64,000 bases of DNA from Flavobacteria bacterium GWA2_35_26 (lineage in GTDB: Bacteria; Bacteroidota; Bacteroidia; Flavobacteriales; Flavobacteriaceae): assembly GCA_001800905.1 (NCBI GenBank), contig MGWH01000005.1, positions 56,303 to 120,302 of the forward strand, in the 5' to 3' direction. This document shows, in pieces, positions 19,325-28,922 of the stretch (the stretch's first letter is position 1; each line of letters opens with the position of its first letter). The position numbers were made by a program, and so were the translations under genes. The notes beneath the pieces were generated by a model. That model was not told the origin of the DNA. It worked only from the letters and a program-made list of their open reading frames with translations, and searched no databases.

Positions 19325-21502
19325 ATGGAAATGCAACAATTTTATTACGACAACAAAATTGTAAAGAAATTCATTTACGCCACCATTGTTTTTGGTGTTG
19401 TAGGAATGTTAGTTGGCCTTATTTTGGCTTTTATGTTTCTTTTTCCAAACGTTACCGACGGTATCTCGTGGTTGAGTTTTGGTAGATTGAGACCTTTACA
19501 TACGAATGCGGTTATTTTTGCTTTTGTGGGTAATGCCATGTTTGCTGGGGTTTATTATTCATTACAACGATTGTTAAAGGCAAGAATGTTTAGTGATTTT
19601 TTGAGTAACTTAAACTTTTGGGGTTGGCAATTAATTATTGTTGCGGCTGCCATTTCTTTACCTTTAGGATATAGTACTTCAAAAGAATATGCCGAATTAG
19701 AATGGCCAATTGATATTGCCATTGCTTTGATTTGGGTTGCTTTTGGTATCAACATGATTGGAACAATTATTAAAAGAAGAGAGCGTCATTTGTATGTTGC
19801 CATTTGGTTTTATTTGGCCACATTTGTTACAGTAGCGGTCTTACACATCTTTAATAGTTTAGAGTTGCCCATTTCGGCTTTAAAAAGTTACTCTGTTTAT
19901 GCCGGGGTACAAGATGCCTTAGTGCAATGGTGGTACGGCCACAATGCAGTAGCTTTCTTTTTGACGACACCTTTCTTAGGTTTGATGTATTACTTTGTAC
20001 CTAAAGCAGCCAATCGTCCAGTGTATTCATACCGACTTTCAATTGTTCACTTTTGGTCTTTAATTTTTATCTATATCTGGGCAGGACCGCATCACTTATT
20101 GTATTCGGCTTTACCTACATGGGCGCAAAACTTAGGAGTTGTGTTCTCCGTAATGTTAATTGCTCCTTCTTGGGGAGGGATGATCAACGGATTGTTAACC
20201 TTAAGAGGAGTTTGGGACAAAGTACGTGTAGAACCTGTATTGAAATTTTTCGTAGTAGCCATTACTGGTTATGGGATGGCCACTTTTGAAGGACCTATGT
20301 TGTCACTAAAAAATGTAAATGCTATAGCACATTATACGGATTGGATTATTGCTCACGTACACGTTGGTGCTCTGGCTTGGAATGGTTTCATGGCCTTTGG
20401 TATGATCTATTGGTTGATTCCAAGAATGACAAAAACACCTTTGTATTCTACTAAATTGGCTAATTTCCATTTTTGGATTGGAACTTTAGGAATTATATTA
20501 TATGCTCTTCCTATGTATGTTGCCGGTTTCTTACAAGCGTCTATGTGGAAACAGTTTAATCCTGATGGTACTTTAACCTATGGTAACTTCCTAGAAACAG
20601 TGACTCAAATTATGCCAATGTATTTAATGAGAGCAGTTGGAGGTACCATGTATCTTACCGGAATGTTAGTGTTAGTATATAACATCATTCAAACGGTAAG
20701 AGTAGGGCAATCTATCGAAGATGAATTGGCCGAAGCTCCGGAGTTACAACCCATCAGTAGCGGAAGATTGAAAGGTGAAAAATTCCACCCTTGGTTGGAA
20801 CGAAAACCGATTCAGTTGACCATTTTGGCTACCGTTGCGATTTTAATTGGAGGGATTATTCAAATCGTTCCAACGATTATGGTAAAATCAAATATTCCAA
20901 CTATTACAAGTGTAAAACCCTATTCTCCATTGGAGTTAGAAGGTCGTGATTTATACATTCGCGAAGGATGTGTGGGTTGTCACTCTCAATCTGTTAGACC
21001 TTTCCGTAGTGAGGTAGAACGTTATGGACCGCAATCTAAAGCAGGTGAGTTTGTTTACGATCATCCATTCCTTTGGGGTTCAAAACGTACAGGTCCCGAT
21101 TTGTTACGAGTAGGTGGGAAGTACAATGACAACTGGCATTTCAATCACTTTTGGAACCCACAAAGTATTTCAGCAGGTTCAATAATGCCAGGTTATAAAT
21201 GGTTGTTTGCCAATGAACCAATGGATATTTCATTAACTCAAAAGAAAATGGAAGCCATGGTAACACTTGGGGTTCCTTATACAAAAGAACAAGTTACCAA
21301 TGCGCAAAAAGATTTAAGAGCCCAAGCAATTAAAATTGAAGAAAGCTTGAAGAACGATCCTGACTTTGTAAAAAGTTATGAAGAAAGCAAGAAAAAAGCA
21401 GCAGCCAAAGGAGAAAAATTCGTACCGATGAACGAAAGAGAAATCATTGCTTTGATTGCGTATATGCAACGACTAGGAACAGATATTAAAGTTAAAAAAT
21501 AA
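19325..21502 (+). CDS. ccoN: cbb3-type cytochrome c oxidase fused subunits I/II (CcoN-CcoO)
   Basis: RLRPLHTNAVIF, WWYGHNAV, GPHHLLY, HVHVGAL; C-terminal GCVGCHSQ heme c motif and WGSKRTGPDL. Confidence 0.97.
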   Translation: MEMQQFYYDNKIVKKFIYATIVFGVVGMLVGLILAFMFLFPNVTDGISWLSFGRLRPLHTNAVIFAFVGNAMFAGVYYSLQRLLKARMFSDFLSNLNFWGWQLIIVAAAISLPLGYSTSKEYAELEWPIDIAIALIWVAFGINMIGTIIKRRERHLYVAIWFYLATFVTVAVLHIFNSLELPISALKSYSVYAGVQDALVQWWYGHNAVAFFLTTPFLGLMYYFVPKAANRPVYSYRLSIVHFWSLIFIYIWAGPHHLLYSALPTWAQNLGVVFSVMLIAPSWGGMINGLLTLRGVWDKVRVEPVLKFFVVAITGYGMATFEGPMLSLKNVNAIAHYTDWIIAHVHVGALAWNGFMAFGMIYWLIPRMTKTPLYSTKLANFHFWIGTLGIILYALPMYVAGFLQASMWKQFNPDGTLTYGNFLETVTQIMPMYLMRAVGGTMYLTGMLVLVYNIIQTVRVGQSIEDELAEAPELQPISSGRLKGEKFHPWLERKPIQLTILATVAILIGGIIQIVPTIMVKSNIPTITSVKPYSPLELEGRDLYIREGCVGCHSQSVRPFRSEVERYGPQSKAGEFVYDHPFLWGSKRTGPDLLRVGGKYNDNWHFNHFWNPQSISAGSIMPGYKWLFANEPMDISLTQKKMEAMVTLGVPYTKEQVTNAQKDLRAQAIKIEESLKNDPDFVKSYEESKKKAAAKGEKFVPMNEREIIALIAYMQRLGTDIKVKK

Positions 21503-21511
21503 ATAGAAATT

Positions 21512-21691
21512 ATGTTTGAACAAATAAAACACAATATGGAAACTATCGCTGGAGTTGCGATCTATCCCATTCTATCGTTATTAATTTTCTTTTTATTCTT
21601 TGTTGGATTGGCACTCTGGGTATTCTCGTATAAAAAAGAAAAAATAGAGGAGTTGAGCCAGATTCCATTGAAAGACAATCCTACATTATAA
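21512..21691 (+). CDS. ccoQ: cbb3-type oxidase subunit CcoQ (59 aa, missing from the ORF track)
   Basis: Manual translation MFEQIKHNMETIAGVAIYPILSLLIFFLFFVGLALWVFSYKKEKIEELSQIPLKDNPTL; single TM, C-terminal S.IPL motif; lies between ccoO and ccoP. Confidence 0.9.
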   Translation: MFEQIKHNMETIAGVAIYPILSLLIFFLFFVGLALWVFSYKKEKIEELSQIPLKDNPTL

Positions 21692-21708
21692 TTTTAAAAC
21701 TGCTTAAA

Positions 21709-22608
21709 ATGAAAAAATTAATCCCTGTATATGTAAGAGTTCCGATTATATTCTTCGCTGTTTTTGGCGCTATGGAATTTTTTATTGACTCTGGCGACCG
21801 ACCTGCTTTTCTTAAGTTTCCGATGGTCTCTGTTTTCTTATTTGTTTTTCTGTTTCTATTGATTGCAATAGAAATTACTGTTAGTGCTATCGATAAAATT
21901 ACCTATCAATTATTGACTGAGGAACAGAAAGCAAAGTTGGAAGAAGTGTCACAAATAAGTTTCAAAGAAAGCCAATGGTATACTAAACTGGTAAAAGCAT
22001 TGACGAAGTCTGAACCAATTGAAAATGAAGGACAACTTTTATTGGATCACGATTATGACGGAATCAAAGAATTAGATAATAATTTACCACCTTGGTGGAT
22101 TTATTTATTCTATGCTTGTATTGCTTTCGCAGCGATTTATTTGGTTCGTTTTGAAATCATGGGAGCTGATGACCAAGAGATGGAATTGAAAAAAGAAATG
22201 GCACAAGCCAAAATTGAAGTGGCCGAGTACATGAAAACGGCTCCTGATTTAATGGATGAAAAAACGGTGACTTTGTTAACGGATGCTCCTTCATTAGCGG
22301 AAGGTAAAACCATATTTACAACCAATTGTGCAGCTTGTCACAGAGCTGATGCTGGTGGGCAAATTGGACCTAACTTAACAGATGACCTGTGGATTTTAGG
22401 TGGAGGAATCAAAAATATTTTCCATACTCTTGTCAATGGCGGAAGAGATGGAAAAGGGATGATTTCTTGGAAAGGAACTTTAAAACCAAAAGAAATGCAA
22501 AAAGTGGCTAGTTATATTATTTCTTTGAAAGGAAGTAATCCTAAAGATCCAAAAGCTCCAGAAGGAGAAGTTTGGGTTGAGGAAGCTACAGCAACACCTG
22601 CAAAATAA
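21709..22608 (+). CDS. ccoP: cbb3-type oxidase subunit III CcoP (single heme c)
   Basis: DHDYDGIKELDNNLPPWW, one CAACH, IGPNLTD, GMISW. Confidence 0.95.
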   Translation: MKKLIPVYVRVPIIFFAVFGAMEFFIDSGDRPAFLKFPMVSVFLFVFLFLLIAIEITVSAIDKITYQLLTEEQKAKLEEVSQISFKESQWYTKLVKALTKSEPIENEGQLLLDHDYDGIKELDNNLPPWWIYLFYACIAFAAIYLVRFEIMGADDQEMELKKEMAQAKIEVAEYMKTAPDLMDEKTVTLLTDAPSLAEGKTIFTTNCAACHRADAGGQIGPNLTDDLWILGGGIKNIFHTLVNGGRDGKGMISWKGTLKPKEMQKVASYIISLKGSNPKDPKAPEGEVWVEEATATPAK

Positions 22609-22620
22609 GCCAACTAACTA

Positions 22621-22652
22621 AAAGACCAATTTCAAATTCGAAATTGGTCTTT
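22621..22652 (+). terminator. Intra-operon hairpin/terminator between ccoP and ccoG
   Basis: Perfect 13-bp stem AAAGACCAATTTC-aaattc-GAAATTGGTCTTT followed by T. Confidence 0.65.
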
Positions 22653-22667
22653 TAAAATTACAATACC

Positions 22668-24086
22668 ATGTCAAATTTACAAGACGAATCATTTAGAGAC
22701 AGCATTGGCACCATTGATGAAACCGGGCATAGAAAATATATTTTTCCAAAGAAACCTTCCGGGAAGTTATATGAATACCGTAAAATAGTAAGTTATTTTT
22801 TATTAGCCATTTTAATTTCGAATCCATTCCTTAAAATCAATGGCAATCAATTCATGATGTTCAATGTTTTGGAACGTCGTTTTAATATTTTTGGTTTTCC
22901 ATTTTGGCCTCAAGATTTTTACTTGTTTGTTTTGTTTATGATTTTGGGAGTGGTATTCGTCATTCTCTTTACGGTTATTTTTGGGCGAATATTCTGTGGA
23001 TGGATTTGTCCGCAAACTATTTTTCTAGAAATGGTTTTCCGCCGAATAGAATATTGGATAGAGGGAGATAGAGGTGCTCAAATCCGATTAGCTAAACAAG
23101 AATGGAATGCTGAGAAAATCATAAATAAAGGATTGAAATGGTCGGTATTTTTGGTCATTTCTTTTTTCATTGCCAATGTATTTTTAGCCTATTTAATTAG
23201 TAGTGACGAACTATTTAAAATGATCGAAGACGGACCTGAAAGTCATTTAAGTACTTTGATAGCATTGTTGATTTTTACCGGAGTTTTCTATTTTGTATTC
23301 GTTTGGTTCAGGGAACAAGTGTGTATTATTGCTTGTCCTTATGGAAGATTGCAAGGGGTACTTTTGGATAACAAATCGATTAACGTAGCTTACGATTTTG
23401 TTCGTGGCGAAAAAGAATCGGGTAGAGCTAAATTAAATAAAAATGAAGATCGTGCCGCTTCTGGAAAAGGAGATTGTATTGATTGTCATCAATGTGTACA
23501 TGTTTGCCCCACTGGGATTGACATTCGAAACGGAACACAATTGGAATGTGTCAACTGTACCGCTTGTATCGATGAATGTGATTCGATTATGGAAACGGTG
23601 GGTTTACCTAAAGGATTGATTCGCTATGCTTCAGAAGACGAAATAGAAAAGAAATCCAAATTTCAGTTTACAGCCAGAATGAAAGGCTATACTGCGGTTT
23701 TGGTAATTTTAATTGGAGTTTTGACAGGACTTTTGTTTTTAAGAACCGATGTAGAAGCTTCTATTTTACGATTGCCAGGACAATTGTTCCAACACAAAGG
23801 GGACAATATTAGTAATGTATATACCTTTAAAATAATTAATAAAACGAATGACGAATTTAAAGATATTCACTTCAAATTGGTTGGAATTAAAGGAACATTA
23901 AATGTAGTAGGACATCAGGATTTTAAAGTACCAAAACAAGGGATGAATAGCGGGACTTTGTTTATTGAAATCAATCAGTTTTTATTGGAAACCGATAAAA
24001 CAAAGTTGGAAATAGAAGTCTATAACGGAAATAAAAAAATTGAAACTGCAACGACTAATTTTCTTAGTCCAAGAAGTTTCGATTAA
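22668..24086 (+). CDS. ccoG: Cytochrome c oxidase accessory protein CcoG/FixG (4Fe-4S, cupric reductase-like)
   Basis: GRIFCGWICPQT, CIIACPYGR, CIDCHQCVHVCPTGIDIR, CVNCTACIDEC. Confidence 0.96.
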   Translation: MSNLQDESFRDSIGTIDETGHRKYIFPKKPSGKLYEYRKIVSYFLLAILISNPFLKINGNQFMMFNVLERRFNIFGFPFWPQDFYLFVLFMILGVVFVILFTVIFGRIFCGWICPQTIFLEMVFRRIEYWIEGDRGAQIRLAKQEWNAEKIINKGLKWSVFLVISFFIANVFLAYLISSDELFKMIEDGPESHLSTLIALLIFTGVFYFVFVWFREQVCIIACPYGRLQGVLLDNKSINVAYDFVRGEKESGRAKLNKNEDRAASGKGDCIDCHQCVHVCPTGIDIRNGTQLECVNCTACIDECDSIMETVGLPKGLIRYASEDEIEKKSKFQFTARMKGYTAVLVILIGVLTGLLFLRTDVEASILRLPGQLFQHKGDNISNVYTFKIINKTNDEFKDIHFKLVGIKGTLNVVGHQDFKVPKQGMNSGTLFIEINQFLLETDKTKLEIEVYNGNKKIETATTNFLSPRSFD

Positions 24087-24101
24087 TTAAATAAATAGTA
24101 T

Positions 24102-24557
24102 ATGAAAATTAAATTCAATTGGGGAACAGGTATAGTAATAGCATTTGGCTTATTCATGACCTTCATTTTGTATTTTGTTGTTGAGGTGCAATCCAATTCC
24201 AAATACGATAATGATTTGGTAGTAGACGAATACTATAAACACGATGCCCGTTTTGGTGAAGAAATGAAACGTACCCAAAATGCGCAGGATTTGGGCGAAA
24301 AACCAAAGGTAGTAGTAACCCAAAGTGGAGTTCAAATCATTTTTCCTTCCGCTTTTGTACCTAATAAAATTAAAGGAATAGTATCCCTCTATAGGCCATC
24401 TAACAAGAAATTAGATTTTGAAATTCCGATTTCAATTTCTGAACCAACTTTGCTCATACCTAATAAAAGTTTGGTAGGTGGCCGCTGGGATATTAATATG
24501 GAATGGCAATACGATGGCAAATCGTATTTAACCAAAGAAACTATTTATATTCGTTAG
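24102..24557 (+). CDS. ccoH: FixH/CcoH-family protein
   Basis: NWGTGIVIAF TM, DLVVDEYY, LYRPSN; follows ccoG. Confidence 0.85.
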   Translation: MKIKFNWGTGIVIAFGLFMTFILYFVVEVQSNSKYDNDLVVDEYYKHDARFGEEMKRTQNAQDLGEKPKVVVTQSGVQIIFPSAFVPNKIKGIVSLYRPSNKKLDFEIPISISEPTLLIPNKSLVGGRWDINMEWQYDGKSYLTKETIYIR

Positions 24558-24563
24558 ACAAGT

Positions 24564-25265
24564 ATGTTGTATTCTGCTTTCATCTTTGGCTTAATTAGTA
24601 GTCTGCATTGTATAGGTATGTGCGGACCAATTGCCTTGATGATTCCCGTAGACAGAACAAATCCAACTAAAAAAGCGACTCAAATTATTACCTATCATCT
24701 GGGGAGATTATCTGCCTATGCGTGTATTGGTTTTATTTTTGGCTTAGTCGGAAAAGGTTTTTTTCTGGCTGGAATTCAACAACGATTGTCTATATTCATT
24801 GGAGTTGCCATGATTATTACGATGCTAACTCCCGAAAGAGTTTTGGCTAATTATAATTTTTCAAAACCTGTTTATCGTCTGATTTCTAAAATTAAATCGT
24901 CTTTAGGAAAGCAATTTAAAAACAAAAGTTATAAATCCTTATTTACTATTGGACTCCTCAATGGTTTCTTGCCATGTGGAATGGTCTATGTAGCGTTATT
25001 TGGCGCTATTGCTATGCAAAATGTTCCTTTTGGAATTCTGTATATGCTACTTTTTGGTATTGGAACCATTCCAATGATGAGTAGTGTTACGTATTTGAAT
25101 TCGATAATGACAGTTTCATTTCGAAACAAAATTCAAAAATTGATTCCTTATGTAGGAGTTGTTATCGGTGTTTTGTTTATTCTACGCGGATTAGGATTGG
25201 GTATCCCATACGTTTCACCAGCCAATATGAGTTTGTTTGTTCAAGAAACACCCAACTGTCATTAG
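24564..25265 (+). CDS. DsbD_2/TauE-like membrane protein of cco loci
   Basis: SLHCIGMCGP and GFLPCGMVY motifs; six TM segments. Confidence 0.8.
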   Translation: MLYSAFIFGLISSLHCIGMCGPIALMIPVDRTNPTKKATQIITYHLGRLSAYACIGFIFGLVGKGFFLAGIQQRLSIFIGVAMIITMLTPERVLANYNFSKPVYRLISKIKSSLGKQFKNKSYKSLFTIGLLNGFLPCGMVYVALFGAIAMQNVPFGILYMLLFGIGTIPMMSSVTYLNSIMTVSFRNKIQKLIPYVGVVIGVLFILRGLGLGIPYVSPANMSLFVQETPNCH

Positions 25266-25268
25266 CAA

Positions 25269-26633
25269 TTAAACGGTCATAGAAAACAAAGCTGTGTCGG
25301 GCGCTTTTCGTTTTAGTAGTAAGTCAAAAGCCATACAAATATTGCGAACAAATGGTTTGCCATCTTCAGTAACTTGTATCCCGTTGGGAATGAAATGAAT
25401 CAAGCCATCTTTTTCCATTTCTTTTAATTGTACCATAACTTCCGGAATTTCTTTGAAGTAGTACTTTGATTCTGTCCATGAAGTTTCAAATTGGCACATT
25501 AAATTCAAAATATGTCTTCGAATGATTAAATCTTCCTCCGTCAAAAGATGACCTCTAATAACAGGAATAGTATTCGCATCCAATAGTTGGTAATACTCTT
25601 CAATCGATTTTACATTTTGAGCAAAACTGTACCAACTGTCACTAATAGAAGATACTCCTAAGCCAATCATCAATTGTGTTTTTGAAGAACTATATCCCAT
25701 AAAATTTCGGTGTAATTTACCTATTTCAAAGGATTCAAATAAACTATCGGTTGTTAAGGCAAAGTGATCCATCCCAATTTCGTGATAGTCATTTTTGTAT
25801 AATAGCTCTTTGCCCGTTTCATATAATTCTCGTTTGGCGGCATCTTTGGGAATGTCCTCGTCATTAAATCCGCGCTGACCATTTCCTTTGATCCAAGGCA
25901 CGTGGGCGTAACTATAAAAAGCCAATCGATCGGGTTGTAATGATTTGGTTTTTTCAATAGTATCAATTACATCTTCTTTTTCTTGAAACGGCAAGCCAAA
26001 AATAATATCGTGACCGATTGAGGTATATCCAATCTCTCTGGCCCATAAAGTAACTTTGGCCACATTGATAAAAGGTTGAATACGATGAATGGCCTTTTGA
26101 ACTTTTTCAGAATAATCTTGAACACCAAAACTCACACGTCTAAATCCTAGATCGTATAGTTTTTGCAACTGCTCACGAGTCGTATTATTGGGATGTCCTT
26201 CAAAACTAAATTCATGTCCTTCAGCTTTATCGGCTTTGGCAAAAATTCCGTGGATCAGGGCTTCTAAATTTTCAGAAGAGAAGAATGTAGGGGTTCCGCC
26301 ACCCAAATGAATTTCCTTAATTTTGGGTCTCTCGCCCAAAAGGGTGCAATACAATTCCCATTCTTTCAGTACGGCTTGAATGTAAGGATGTTCTACTTCG
26401 TGATTCTTGGTAATTCGTTTATTACAGCCACAAAAAGTGCACATGCTTTCGCAAAAGGGTAGATGGACGTACAAACTGATTCCTTCCGAAATATTGCTTT
26501 CTATAAATGATTTTTTAAGAGTAGCTAACCAAATTTCATAGGAAAAATCAAGTTCATTCCAATAGGGCACCGTTGGATAACTGGTGTATCTTGGCCCTGG
26601 AACATTGTATTTTTGGATTAGCGAATGAGTCAT
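25269..26633 (-). CDS. hemN: Oxygen-independent coproporphyrinogen III oxidase (radical SAM)
   Basis: PGPRYTSYPT, HLPFCESMCTFCGC (CxxxCxxC), HLGGGTP, IGMDHFA, LHRNFMGY. Confidence 0.96.
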   Translation of the reverse strand: MTHSLIQKYNVPGPRYTSYPTVPYWNELDFSYEIWLATLKKSFIESNISEGISLYVHLPFCESMCTFCGCNKRITKNHEVEHPYIQAVLKEWELYCTLLGERPKIKEIHLGGGTPTFFSSENLEALIHGIFAKADKAEGHEFSFEGHPNNTTREQLQKLYDLGFRRVSFGVQDYSEKVQKAIHRIQPFINVAKVTLWAREIGYTSIGHDIIFGLPFQEKEDVIDTIEKTKSLQPDRLAFYSYAHVPWIKGNGQRGFNDEDIPKDAAKRELYETGKELLYKNDYHEIGMDHFALTTDSLFESFEIGKLHRNFMGYSSSKTQLMIGLGVSSISDSWYSFAQNVKSIEEYYQLLDANTIPVIRGHLLTEEDLIIRRHILNLMCQFETSWTESKYYFKEIPEVMVQLKEMEKDGLIHFIPNGIQVTEDGKPFVRNICMAFDLLLKRKAPDTALFSMTV

Positions 26634-26683
26634 AACAAAATCATTTGAATGATCAAAAGTAAGTCCGCTTTACACCAATTAAA

Positions 26684-26697
26684 ATGATATTTATCAT
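26684..26697. promoter_or_regulatory. Candidate Fnr-type box 3 upstream of hemN
   Basis: ATGATATTTATCAT (ATGAT-N4-ATCAT); 22 nt from minus-strand TACTTTTG (26654-26661). Confidence 0.75.
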
Positions 26698-26719
26698 CCC
26701 TTCAATTTATTGCATAAAA

Positions 26720-26748
26720 AAAACCTCAATCTTTCGAATTGAGGTTTT
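26720..26748 (-). terminator. Terminator after the DUF349 gene
   Basis: AAAACCTCAAT-ctttcga-ATTGAGGTTTT (11-bp stem) with an A run on the left (U tract on the minus strand). Confidence 0.75.
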
Positions 26749-26765
26749 GTAGGGAGTTTAGTAAA

Positions 26766-28709
26766 CTATTCTTGTTTCAAATTGCGCAATTGCTTCAATT
26801 TTTCTTTCCAAACTTCTAAACTTTCTTTGTGTATAGAGATGTTTTTTCGAACTTCTAACACAATTGAATTTTCTTTTTTAGCGTTTTTAGTATTGGTAAA
26901 AAATTGAATGTTATTTTCTAATTGGAAAATTTCGTTTTGAACTTCTTCAATTTTACGAATTAAGAATATTTTCTCGTTTTCTAATTTTCTTGAATCATTA
27001 CTTTCAGACAATTGATCCATACGATTTGCAAAACGCATCATGTCGGAATCTTTTTTACTTAAGCTTAACTTTTCAAAAAGGGCATCCAATATTTTGTTGA
27101 ACTTTCCTTCGATGTGACGTCTAGCAAAAGGAACTTTACCAAACGCTTTCCAGTTTTGGATATGCAATTTGATTCCGTCTAAATCCGTTTTGTGATCACC
27201 TACTAATTGGAAGGCGCGTAGGGTTTCCAAATAGGCCTTTTTGTTTTCAAAAGCAGCTACTTCTTCGCTATTGTCTTCATTTTTTTGCTCCTTTAATTGG
27301 TCAAAATAATGATTACAAGCTTCTCTGAATTCTTTCCAAATACTATCAGAATATTTTCTTGGAACGTGACCAATTTTCTTCCATTCCTCCTGAATTTGTT
27401 TCATGATTGGAGTAGAAGTAGCAAAATCAGTACTTGTTTGTAATTCTTTGGCTTTAGCCACCAAAGCTTGTTTTTTACTCAAGTTCTCGTTCTGGTCTTT
27501 CTTGATATCTTTATAAAACGAATTCTTAAACGAATTGAAATTACGAACAGCTGTTTTAAAGGCAGCCCATGTTGCTTCATTGACTTCAGTGGGAACTTTT
27601 CCTGCTGCAAAAAAAGCGGCTCTCAAAGCTTCTACTTTTTCTATTTGTACTAACCATTGTGTATGAGCGTTAACCTTTTCAGTGGCTAATACTTCAATTT
27701 GAGCAATGATTTCTTGTTTTTTAGCCAAGTTATCTACTTCGGCACCTTTTAGTTTTTCAAATAACAATTCACGTTTGTCGTGCATTTGTTTGGTTAAATC
27801 GCTAAATCGATTCCAGATTTCTTCGCGGTGTTCTCTAGAAACAGGTCCAATTTCTTCTTTCCAAATGCGGTGTAAATCTTGCAATTCACGAAATGCTTTG
27901 TTGATGTCTTCTTCTTGAACTAATTCTTCTACACGAGCTACAATTTTTTGTTTTTGCTCTAAATTGTGTTTAAAATCAATATCTCTTGCCTCACGGTCTA
28001 GATGCAAATAATCGTAGAAATTTTCAACATGAAAATGATAATTGTTCCAAACGTGGTTGTATTTGTCTTTTGGAATTGGCCCCGCATTTTTCCAACGTTC
28101 TCTTAATTCATTAAAATGCTTTAAGATGTCTTTGATGTTGGCCTGCGGATTAATTAATTCTTTTAACTCTTCCACAATGGCTAAACGATTTTCTAAATTG
28201 TTTTTTAGACTCGTTTGTAAGCTTTTGAAGTGTTCGTTTTTATGGTTTCTGTAAACAGAATAAATGGTGTCAAATTTGGATTTTAATGGGAAATGGTACT
28301 GAAAATCTTCATTTGGATCTTGATTTTCAGCAAGAAATTCTTCTTTTTTTTCCTCAATCAGGTGGTTGTATTTGGCTAAAAAGGCTTTTTTAATTTCTTC
28401 TACATGCTCTTTTATCGATGCTACTTTTTCGTTGGAGACCAAAGTATTTAATTCTTCAACTAGAGATTCCATCGATAAGGCGTCATAGTCTTGCATCGGA
28501 ATATCGTGGCGTTCTTTTACACTTTCATCTTCACTTTCTTCGGCATTACTATCGGCAATCGCCTCAATGATAGTCTGATTTTCATCTATTTCAGCAGATG
28601 CTACTGCAGTTAATTCAACTTCATTCGGTGAAGTTGTTGGTGTTGATTCTACTGAATCTGTCGTGTTTCCGTCTGCATGTTGCAGGTTATCATTCTTTTC
28701 TTCTAACAT
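26766..28709 (-). CDS. DUF349 domain-containing protein
   Basis: Repeated W..IGPV...(S/W).F units: WKNAGPIP, WKEEIGPV, WKKIGHVP, WKAFGKVP. Confidence 0.85.
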   Translation of the reverse strand: MLEEKNDNLQHADGNTTDSVESTPTTSPNEVELTAVASAEIDENQTIIEAIADSNAEESEDESVKERHDIPMQDYDALSMESLVEELNTLVSNEKVASIKEHVEEIKKAFLAKYNHLIEEKKEEFLAENQDPNEDFQYHFPLKSKFDTIYSVYRNHKNEHFKSLQTSLKNNLENRLAIVEELKELINPQANIKDILKHFNELRERWKNAGPIPKDKYNHVWNNYHFHVENFYDYLHLDREARDIDFKHNLEQKQKIVARVEELVQEEDINKAFRELQDLHRIWKEEIGPVSREHREEIWNRFSDLTKQMHDKRELLFEKLKGAEVDNLAKKQEIIAQIEVLATEKVNAHTQWLVQIEKVEALRAAFFAAGKVPTEVNEATWAAFKTAVRNFNSFKNSFYKDIKKDQNENLSKKQALVAKAKELQTSTDFATSTPIMKQIQEEWKKIGHVPRKYSDSIWKEFREACNHYFDQLKEQKNEDNSEEVAAFENKKAYLETLRAFQLVGDHKTDLDGIKLHIQNWKAFGKVPFARRHIEGKFNKILDALFEKLSLSKKDSDMMRFANRMDQLSESNDSRKLENEKIFLIRKIEEVQNEIFQLENNIQFFTNTKNAKKENSIVLEVRKNISIHKESLEVWKEKLKQLRNLKQE

Positions 28710-28922
28710 TTTTTCAATGTATAAGGTTGCTAATTATTCAAGTCGAAAGATAGTAAACCCCAATTGAATAGCAAAATAAATCCCTTATTTATCATCGTTT
28801 TACGTTAAAAATGAGGTGATTTAAGTTTATTATTTTGGATGGTTAAAACCTATAAAGTAAAAGAATTGAGATCTTATGGAATTTAGCAAAGGCTTCAAAA
28901 GTTTTGCAGAATGGGTCGTACA

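Noticed and set aside
28710-28922. 213-bp spacer as a possible tRNA or sRNA
   Set aside because: No cloverleaf or T-loop consensus; the only hairpin is weak and forms on the wrong strand to terminate aroE.
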